Below are positions 54,231 through 64,000 of a stretch of 64,000 bases of DNA, piece by piece; positions within the stretch are counted from its first letter, which is position 1; every line of letters begins with the position of its first letter. Source of the DNA: Eledone cirrhosa (Eukaryota); assembly GCA_964016885.1 (NCBI GenBank), contig OZ024764.1, positions 2,914,001 to 2,978,000 of the forward strand. Direction: 5' to 3'. The position numbers and the translations under genes are program-made. Below the pieces are notes generated by a model. It made no database searches, had not been told where the DNA came from, and worked only from the letters and a program-made list of their open reading frames with translations.

Positions 54231-55500
54231 CCCTTTTCTCATATATAGGTGGCACAAAGAGGACTTTTTAGCCCTGCCAAGGACTTGGATTCCTTTCTGC
54301 ATATGCTGCAGCGAAAGAAAAGAAAAGAAGAAAAGGGCAAGCTGCCATAACACACATGCAGGGGATTGGGAGCATGTTTCAGTGGATGTGGGGTGTACAT
54401 GAAGAACGGCAGAAGAACGAACTACGAGAAGGAACAAAGCTGGATATGATAGGAATTGGTTGCGGTGTGCTGGAATCGACATGTTATTGTATAGAGGTGG
54501 ATGACAGTTGGAGTGAAGAATGTCGATTGTTCCAAAGTGGTGAAGAGATGAAGAAAACAGGAACAAAATTGAGTGGAAACACTCTGAGAAGATACACCGA
54601 CGCCATGTAAGCCTGGAGGAAAATGGGTATAAAGGTGGTGTAGGGTGATGAGGGTTACGGTGTATGATATCTACATTTGGGTCTCTTCATATTAAGATAT
54701 CGACTCTCATCGTTTTGAGTTGGATGAAAAAAAAAAAAAAAAATACTGGTTCTTCCTCTATATCTCTTCCTCACTTTCTTTCTCACTTTCTCTCTCTTTC
54801 TCTGGAAGAAATCTGCTGTATTGAGACCCGGAGAGGAGAGATGAGTTCCCCCAGGTTTTAAAAATGCTTAAGAAGTGCTGTGTTTCAATGTGGCCGCCAT
54901 ACCACACCCTCGGGAGTTGCGGGACCATACATACATACACACAAATCTAATACCAGTCTTGTACTGAGGTTGATTTTTTCCTATATATCTCTTTCTCACT
55001 CTCTCTGTATATCATTCTCAGGAAGAAATCTATTGTATTCAGACCTGGAGAAGAGATTGGTTCCGCCAGGTATAAAAAAATGCACTAAGAAAGGCTTTAT
55101 ATCAGTATGGCACCCATATGACTCCCTTGAAAGTTAGGGCACCATACATACAAATATAATTGTTTCTACGTTTGGCACAAGGCCAGCAATTACCCCAGTA
55201 CATTACTGATACTTTATTTTATCGACCCCCGTAAGGATGAAAGACAAAGTTAACCTCGGCGGGATTTGAACTCAGAATGGCAATGGCCGTAACTCTGTGT
55301 GTCAAAGCATGGCGTCCGACCCTCTACCGATACTGCCAATCCACCGCCCTTACATACAAATATAATACCTGTCAACTACTGGGGTTGATTCTTTCTCACT
55401 TCCATTCTCTCACTCTCTCTCCTTCTCTGGAAGAAATCTGCTGTATTCAGATGTGGAGAGGAGATGGTCTCCACCAAGTTTTTAAAAAATGCCCTAGAAA

Positions 55501-56025
55501 CCCTTTAATGTTAAAACAGGCCAGAATTCTCTACCTTTACCTGGCTGTAACTGGTCACTCAAACTGATGTTCAGGTATTGTTCTCAAAATAAATACTTTC
55601 AAAATCTCATAGATTTGATATTATGTTAGATAATTATGTGGGGTAAAGCCTTTACTGTGAAAATACAATAGTATATATAGAGTAATGTAAATGTTATGTG
55701 AGGTAAAGCCTTTACTGTGAAAATACAATAGTATATATAGAGTAATGTAAATGTTATGTGAGGTAAAGCCTTTACTATGAAAATGCAATAGTATATATAG
55801 AGTAATGTAAATGTTATGTGTGGTAAAGCCTTTACTGTGAAAATACAATAGTATATATAGAGTAATGTAAATGTTATGTGAGATATTATGTGAGGTAAAG
55901 CCTTTACTGTGAAAATACAATAGTATATATAGAGTAATGTAAATGTTATGTGAGATATTATGTGAGGTAAAGCCTTTACTGTGAAAATACAATAGTATAT
56001 AAAGAGTAATGTAGATGCTAAAGGG
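55501..56025 (-). mobile_element. Monomeric copy of the TTAA MITE with a ~6-copy 60/71-bp array
   Basis: Homologous to 33304-33939. Ends GCTAAAGGG-TTAA. Confidence 0.82.
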
Positions 56026-56929
56026 TTAACATGGTGCCCCTATGACTCCCTTAGAAGTTACAAGGCCATACATAGAAATACAATCCCAGTTTAGTACTGG
56101 GGGGTTGATTCTTCCTCTATATCTCTTTCTCACTTCCTCTATCACACTCTCTCTCCTTCTCTGGAAGAAATCTGCTGTATTCAGACCAGGTTTTAAAATA
56201 TGCTCAAGAAACCCTGTGTCAATATGGCAACCATATTACCTTTTTTTTCTTCTTTTATTGTGCTGAACAGCTGTGTCGTGTGTGGCATATCCAGGGCCAA
56301 AATTTCACCTGCTGAGGCCCTAATTTCAATAACTTTGGCAGATAACAGAATAATCTGCAACTAATGTGTGGTTCATCTTGAATTATATTATGTGGTCCCC
56401 CTTCCTGTTGTGTGGGGAATGTTCACCTTCAGTTACCTTTGGTGGTCTTCTGCACCCTATTCTCTGGGGTTTTCATCTTCATTTACCTAAATGGTCTTTC
56501 CCTCCCTACTATTTTGTTGGAGTTTTCATCTTGAATTACCTTAGCTTGTCTCCCCTAATTTTTTTCTGCTGGAGGGGTTTCACCTTCAGTTATCATGGGA
56601 ATCTATAATTTTTTTTTGAGTTTTGAACCTTTTTATGTCGCATGACCCCTACTTTGTGTTGTAACATATCCTTGTATTGTCTCCAAGGTTTTGGGCCCTT
56701 GTGACCAATAAAGGTGACCCTTATCCCACAACATCTCTTGTGTGCTCGCAATTTACATTGTGTACATCGTATAGAGTTTATGCCTACTTCTTTTCTATAT
56801 ATTGAGCAGGGTCACTTCCAGAAAGGAATCAGGGCCCTATCTTCTTTCCTACTTTCCAGCACTTTAGTTTTGGCTAAGTTTACTCTCAGCCCTTTTGATT
56901 CCATTACCATTATATACATATATATATAT

Positions 56930-57838
56930 CTTCCCTTCTTCTTCACCCACTTATTCCTGAGAGGGTCGTGGGGCAAAAGTCCTCAAACACTCCCTCCAGA
57001 GATTCTTTCCTGAGACATTCTAACCACATGTCTGTAGTATGAGTTGTGATCTCTCAATCCAGAGATTCTTTCCTGAGACATTCTAACCACATGTCTGTAG
57101 TATCAGAGCTGTGGTCTCTCAATTCAGAGATTCTTTCCTGAGACATTCTAACCACATGTCTGTAGTATCAGAGCTGTGATCTCTCAATTCAGAGTTTCTT
57201 TCCTCAGACATTCTAACCACATGTCTGTAGTATCAGAGCTGTGATCTCTTAATTCAGAGATTCTTTCCTGAGTCATTCTAACCACATGTCTATAGTATCA
57301 GAGCTGTGATCTCTCAATTCAGAGATTCTTTCCTCAAACATTCTAACCACATGTCTGTAGTATCAGAGCTGTGGTCTCTCAATTCAGAGATTCTTTCCTC
57401 AGACATTCTAGCCACATGTCTGTAGTATCAGAGCTGTGATCTCTCAATTTGGAGGTTCTTTCCTGAGACATTCTAACCACATGTCTGTAGTATCAGAGCT
57501 GTGATCTCACAACTCAGAGATTATTTCCTGAGACATTCTAACCACATGTCTGTAGTATCAGAGCTGTGATCTCTCAATTCAGAGATTCTTTCCTCAGACA
57601 TTCTAACCACATGTCTGATGTATCAGAGCTGTGATCTCTCAATTCAGAGAAGTAGCAGCTCTACCTGAAGTGACTTTCTGATCTCCGAGCTACACACTCT
57701 ATCGAGTAATGTTACTCTCAAGACACTTTGGAGGAACCCCATTTCAGCCGCTTGCATTCGAGATTGTTTTCTTTCGGTCATTACTCAAGATTCATGACCA
57801 TAGGCAAGGGTTGGGACGAATACCAATTTGAAGACAGT
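56930..57838 (-). mobile_element. LINE family B fragment, copy 3, with a ~10-copy 65-bp array (56997-57650)
   Basis: Same flanks. Deletion on the left side of the array. Confidence 0.88.
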
Positions 57839-58281
57839 CTGTTGTCATATATATATATATATTATATGATATATCGCTGCCTTCAATATATATATATATA
57901 TATTGTTGTGTGGTTACTGATAAAGTGTATTTAGAAATGAAAGGAAAGCACAAACAAGGGACACGTCCCTTCCTCAGTTGTCTGCTGGGGGTCTCAGATG
58001 TATATATAGCAGACTAGATGAGCTTCTTTGAGGCTAATGTTATAGAATTCCGTAATTACCATTAATTAGTTAGATACCCTGATATTTTTGATCTCTGAAT
58101 TAATTGTAAAACAATGAAATACCTCACTTTGTTTTTATTTTGTATTCATTGTTTAACATATGTATGTGTAGGAATATGTATATACATATATGTGTGTGTG
58201 TGTATATATACATATATATATGTGGGCGTGTATATATACATATATATGTGTGTGTATATATACATATATATATGTATATAT

Positions 58282-58628
58282 GAAGGCACATGGCTTAGTG
58301 GTTAGAGCATTGGCCTTGCAATCGAAAGGTTGTGAGTTCAATTCTCAGACCGGATGATGTGTTGTTTCCTTGAGCAAGACACTTTATTTCACATTGCTCC
58401 AGTTTACTCAGCTGTAGAAATGAGATGATAGGGACCGGGGTCCCTATCATTCCACTGTAAAGTGGTCGTGGAGGTGCCACGGCAAAAAAGCACCCAGCAC
58501 TCACTGTAAATGAGGTTGGTGTTAGGAAGGGCATCCAGCTGTAGAAATCAAGCCAGAATCAGTTCCCGTCCCACCCTTGCAAGCAGGGAAAAGCGGACGT
58601 AAAATGAAATGATGATGATGATGATGAT
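58282..58628 (+). mobile_element. Full-length tRNA-derived SINE sharing its 3' end with RTE LINE family A
   Basis: A/B boxes, core TCCTTGAGCAAGACACTTT, tail ACCCTTGCAAGCAGGGAAAAGCGGACGTAAAATG..(GAT)n. Confidence 0.92.
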
Positions 58629-58641
58629 ATATATATATATA

Positions 58642-59380
58642 TAGTAGCTAAAGTACCCGTCCTTTGGACAGTTCAAGTAGCTTTCGATGTAGCTCATTAA
58701 ACTAAACAAAGTAAATTTGAATACATAGAAGAAAAACGTACTTTATGTAAACATGAAAACCTTAGGCACTATTCCAGCGAAATAATTAATATGTGAGCTC
58801 GGTGTCATCCATTATACCATGTAACAACAGAAATCCAGTCTAGGTATACATTTTTTTGACAACAGTAAAAGGGCATCATGAAATAGAGAAGTGAAGTGAA
58901 TAATAGACCCTATTATGTACATAGCATAATATTGTATAAGTTATGACATAACTTAATGTCTGAACATCAAGCTTGAAACGATAAATTATACAATGTCAAA
59001 TCTATAACTTAACTTAGTAATCTGTTAGAAATTGCTGCTTGTGAAATATACAAAATGATATTGTTAGTCTCAAGTACAAAGAGTAAATTAAAATCCGAAT
59101 GAGCCGAATTACAAAAGATAACTCTTGTCTTACTTAAAGATAACTCTTGTCTTACTTAATCACGAAAATTCACACAAATAACCGAAACTTTTTTAATGTC
59201 TCCAAAGGCCTCAATATCGATTTTTGAAAGCCTTTGTAGATCATGTACAGGTTTTGTGCAAGGAGAAGCTCTGTAAAAAACTTCAAAGAAATCGCATGAA
59301 TGGTTTAGAATATATGAGCCCTCATTAAAAATTGTCCACACACATATACAGAAAACTTCGTCTTTATTATATATATATAC
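58642..59380. mobile_element. Possible non-autonomous Helitron-like element
   Basis: Starts TAGTAGCTAAAGTACCCG after (TA)n and ends CTTCGTCTTTATTATATATATA. Only the terminal pattern supports it, and it is single-copy here. Confidence 0.3.
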
Positions 59381-59889
59381 AGATATACAGATATTATTAT
59401 AATTTGGTGGGTTTTTGATATATAACGTACCAGCCTAGCACTGATGGTTCTTCTTCCCTTCTCTCTCTCACTCTCTCTCTCTCTCTCTCTGTATACGTAT
59501 GTATGTGCCTTTATGTTCCCTGTATATCATCTGTGGCCATGCTGGAGCTATCTCTCTATATAGATATATACAAGAGTAATTTTTAAAAAATGTGTATATA
59601 TATATATTTTTGTTTATGGGGTGTGGGTATAGCACTGTCTTTGTACGTGTATGTGTGTACCTGTGTGTGTTTTTGTATTATTGTGTATGTGTGTATATTA
59701 GTGTGTGTGTGTGTGTGTGTCTATGTTAGTGTATGTCTATGTTTGTATATGTGTTAGCAAGTGTATTTAAGGCCTTTTAAGATAAGTAAGCTTCTTTCAA
59801 CATACTGACGCGTATTTGTTTATATGTGTGTGTATGTGCATACATTTATATGTATGAGTATATAAATATAAACGTGAAAACAGACATGC

Positions 59890-60350
59890 TTACAAAAACA
59901 CACTCACACATACTTTCACACAAACACACACATACTTTCACACAAACACACATATATATTCACACAAACACACATATATATTCACACAAACACACACATA
60001 TATATTCAAACAAACACACATACTTTCACACAAACACACACATACTTTCACACAAACACACACATACTTTCACACTAACACACACATACTTTCACACTAA
60101 CACACACATACTTTCACACAAACACACACATACTTTCACACAAACACACACATATATTCACACAAACACACACATATATTCACACAAACACACATATATT
60201 CACACAAACACACACATATTCATACAAACACACATACTTTCACACAAACACACACATATATTCACACAAACACACACATATATTCACACAAACACACACA
60301 TATTCATACAAACACACATACTTTCACACAAACACACATACATTCACACA
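59890..60350. repeat. ~20-22-bp CA-rich minisatellite
   Basis: CACACAAACACACACATA(CTTT/TATT) repeated. Confidence 0.9.
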
Positions 60351-60884
60351 GCATAGTGTTTTCATCACCCCCTTCCTTCCTTTTACACACTCATACATTC
60401 AGGCTGGCAGCAGATGTAAAGAGAGAGAAGTAGTATGAGGTCGTCAAACTACTCCTCTCTCTTTATGTGTTGTGACAGAATCGCAGAAATTTATGATCTC
60501 TTACATGTGTTTCAATACGGTTATGTAGTCGCCTATGAGACCTGTATGTTCATGTAATCCACTGTCAAATGCTGCATATCACCAGAGAGAAAGTGGTTGG
60601 TGATAAGAAGGGCATCAAGCCATAGGAAACTTGCCAAACAAAGAGTTGGGGGGACCCTTGAAATGTGTCAAAGACATGACAAGCCTTCCTGTGCACTTAA
60701 TAGAATAGGAGACCATATGTAAGTGAAACACAGACCCGCTGGCCTCTATGGGAGATTAGTAGTGTCGCTTCAGTGGGAGAGACTGAAGTGGATGATGATG
60801 TGCTTGTATAGTAAATTATGTACACAAATACATCATTGATGTATATATGGTCAAATATACCAGATAATTTACATACGATAGGTG

Positions 60885-62640
60885 GATCTTGGGGGCAGAG
60901 TCCTCAAACACTCCCTCCAGCAGGTCCTGTCAGAAGTAAGTATGACCGGCCAAGCCCATGGATGTTATCCAACCATCTTGCTCAGGGTCTACCCCTGGGT
61001 CTCCCACCTGTTGGTTTTGCCAGTAAAATCTGTTCAGCGCTTATTACCTGAGACATTCTAACCACATGTCTGTAGTATCAGAGCTGTGATCTCTCAATTT
61101 AGAGATTCTTTCCTGAGACATTCTAACCACATGTCTGTAGTATCAGAGCTGTGATCTCTCAATTCAGAGATTCTTTCCTGAGACATTCTAACCACATGTC
61201 TGTAGTATCAGAGCTGTGATCTCTCAATTCAGAGATTCTTTCCTGAGACATTCTAACCACATGTCTGTAGTATCAGAGCTGTGATCTCTCAATTCAGAGA
61301 TTCTTTCCTCAGACATTCTAACCACATGTCTGTAGTATCAGAGCTGTGGTCTCTCAATTCAGAGATTCTTACCTGAGACATTCTAACCACATGTCTGTAG
61401 TATCAGAGCTGTGGTCTCTCAATTCAGAGATTCTTACCTGAGACATTCTAACCACATGGCTGTAGTATCAGAGCTGTGATCTCTCAATTCAGAGATTCTT
61501 ACCTGAGACATTCTAACCACATGTCTGTAGTATCAGAGCTGTGGTCTCTCAATTCAGAGATTCTTTCCTGAGACATTCTAACCACATGTCTGTAGTATCA
61601 GAGCTGTGATCTCTCAATCCAGAGATTCTTTCCTGAGACATTCTAACCACATGTCTGTAGTATCAGAGCTGTGGTCTCTCAATTCAGAGATTCTTTCCTG
61701 AGACATTCTAACCATATGTCTGTAGTATCAGAGCTGTGATCTCTCAATCCAGAGATTCTTTCCTGAGACATTCTAACCAAATGTCTGTAGTATCAGAGCT
61801 GTGATCTCTCATTTCAGAGATTCTTTCCTCAGACATTCTAACCACATGTCTGTAGTATCAGAGCTGTGATCTCTCAATTCAGAGATTCTTTGCTGAGACA
61901 TTCTAACCACATGTCTGTAGTATCAGAGCTGTGGTCTCTCAATTCAGAGATTCTTTCCTCAGACATTCTAACCACATGTCTGTAGTATCAGAGCTGTGAT
62001 CTCTCAATTCAGAGATTCTTTCCTCAGACATTCTAACCACATGTCTGTAGTATCAGAGCTGTGATCTCTCAATTCAGAGATTTTTTCCTGAGACATTCTA
62101 ACCACATGTCTGTAGTATCAGAGCTGTGGTCTCTCAATTCAGAGATTCTTTCCTGAGACATTCTAACCACATGTCTGTAGTATCAGAGCTGTGATCTCTC
62201 AGACCAGAGATTCTTTCCTCAGACATTCTAACCACATGTCTGTAGTATCAGAGCTGTGATCTCTCAATTCAGAGATTCTTTCCTCAGACATTCTAACCTC
62301 ATGTCTGTAGTATCAGAGCTGTGATCTCTCAATTCAGAGATTCTTTCCTGAGACATTCTAACCACATGTCTGTAGTATCAGAGCTGTGATCTCTCAATTC
62401 AGAGAAGTAGTGGCTCTACCTGGAGTGGTAGATAAAGCTACACACTTTATCAAGTACTCCAAAGACCCTTCAGAGGAACCACACTTTGGCCGCTTGTATT
62501 CACGATCGTATTCTTGCAGCATTACCCAAGATTCATGACCATAGGTAAGGGTTGACATGAATAGCAAGTTTGTCTTTTACAGCTACCTCCCTTGTTCTGA
62601 TTACTGAATGCTGAAGCTGGTGCATTGCTGCAATTAATCC
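60885..62640 (-). mobile_element. LINE family B fragment, copy 4, with a ~21-copy 65-bp array (61047-62405)
   Basis: Same flanks as copies 1-3. Confidence 0.88.
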
Positions 62641-62663
62641 AGCCTCCTGCCTTCCATCATATC

Positions 62664-62704
<41 letters not shown>

Positions 62705-63117
62705 TTATCTGATGAGGACGTACTGAAATAACAACACAGTACCTTTGAAATATATATAATAAAGCATATATTTTGATTATGTGAATATCCTTCATTTGTT
62801 AATATTTTGAATAATATATATATATTTAAAACTGTCTTCTTGATAATATTGACACACCATCTGATACATCATCATCATCGATTAACGTCCATCTTCCACA
62901 CTAGCATGGGTTGGACGGGTCCCATTTAGACGCAAGTTGGGTTGGCTGCCCATGTCTCGTTCATATAGGGGTGTTTCTGGCTGGTTTTCTACGGCTGGAT
63001 GCCCTTCCTAACGCCAGTAGGTAATACATTAAGGGACCCACATTGTGGAATGCTTATGCCTGTTTACACTACAGGTCAACCAATGTTCCTTACTTGGAAT
63101 ATGGAATATATATATAG

Positions 63118-63620
63118 TGGAGGCACGTGGCCTAGTGGTAAGGGTGTTGGACTTATCATAATGTCGTGGGTTTGATTCCTGGGTTGTGTGTTGTGTTCTT
63201 GAGCAAAACACTTCATTTCACGTTGCTCCAGTATTCTAAGCTGAAAATGAGTACCAGTAATAGCTGGGAGTTTAACCCTGTGATGGACTGGTGTCCTGAC
63301 CAGAGGGAAGTCTTGTGCTCTGTCGCTTCATGTCATGACACCAGGATAAACACAGGCCAAATGAGCCTTCTAGCTTAAGACAGACTTTAACCTGTGATGG
63401 ACTGAGGTCTTGTCTAGTGGGGAGTATTGTACCCCCAAACACTTAACGCCACAGAAATTGGGATAAGCACTGCTCTGATGTCTTTCTAGCTTGGCACATA
63501 CTTTAACCTGTGATGGACTGGGGTCCTGTCCAGGAGGAAGTCTTGTACTCTCAGTCACTTCACACCATGTAACAGGGATAAGCACCGGCCAAATGAGCCT
63601 TCTGGCTTAAGACAGACTTT
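63118..63620 (+). mobile_element. tRNA-derived SINE with a triplicated ~117-bp 3' segment
   Basis: A box TGGCCTAGTGG and B box GGTTTGATTC. TTAAC(C)CTGTGATGGACTG recurs at ~63272, ~63387 and ~63503. Confidence 0.72.
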
Positions 63621-63643
63621 AGACTTTGTTAGATATATATATA

Positions 63644-63884
63644 TAGTAAAGGTGCTATTGGATCATTCACAGGTGGTATGCCAAGATGAGCACTCGATAA
63701 TATTGTGGAGCAGTGTATTAATAATAATTAGGGAACAAAGAATCAGTGTTGCATCATTTACATATTTAATTACATATTACACATGTTTCACTGTCGATCA
63801 GTTCGAGGTACGATCGATTATGTTCTTTCCTGACTCTGGAATTGAAAGCTCCTCAGATGTGTTCTCACATGTGGACTCACGTCC
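63644..63884 (+). mobile_element. Second copy of the unclassified ~240-bp repeat
   Basis: High similarity to 3516-3758. Confidence 0.75.
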
Positions 63885-63943
63885 TATATACATACACATA
63901 TACACACAGAAATTTATATATACACTCATATTTACATATCTAT

Positions 63944-64000
<57 letters not shown>

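Noticed and set aside
54356-54610. 84-aa ORF
   Set aside because: Resembles a decayed RTE C-terminus (SMFQWMWGV...IGCGVLE...DDSW), not a host exon.
58282-58352. tRNA gene
   Set aside because: The A/B boxes continue into a SINE body and LINE tail and occur in multiple copies, so this is a SINE head.

Overview
AT-rich, repeat-dominated animal genomic DNA. The SINE/LINE content and (TA)n density suggest a coleoid cephalopod such as octopus, but this is inference. The only confident host gene is polybromo-1 (PBRM1/BAF180) on the + strand, seen as three internal exons: 14459-14606 (bromodomain 1), 26499-27449 (end of BD1, a long poly-A/G/Q/H linker, start of BD2) and 31947-32114 (BD2). All have canonical AG/GT sites and compatible phases. 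The rest is intron filled with a decayed near-full-length RTE-clade LINE, LINE 3' fragments, tRNA-derived SINEs, hAT- and piggyBac-like MITEs, fold-back palindromes, microsatellites and large minisatellite arrays. Two patterns stand out. (1) Three satellites with different sequences (80, 65 and 50 bp units) each derive from the homologous 'RRL-R-W-Y-G-H-V' segment of three different RTE-like LINE families. (2) Tandem repeats seeded on PBRM1 exon-intron junctions create arrays of decoy splice donors and acceptors, and using the decoys I translated would introduce premature stops. Nearly every large array sits inside a transposon body. No prokaryotic, CRISPR, rRNA or true tRNA features were found.
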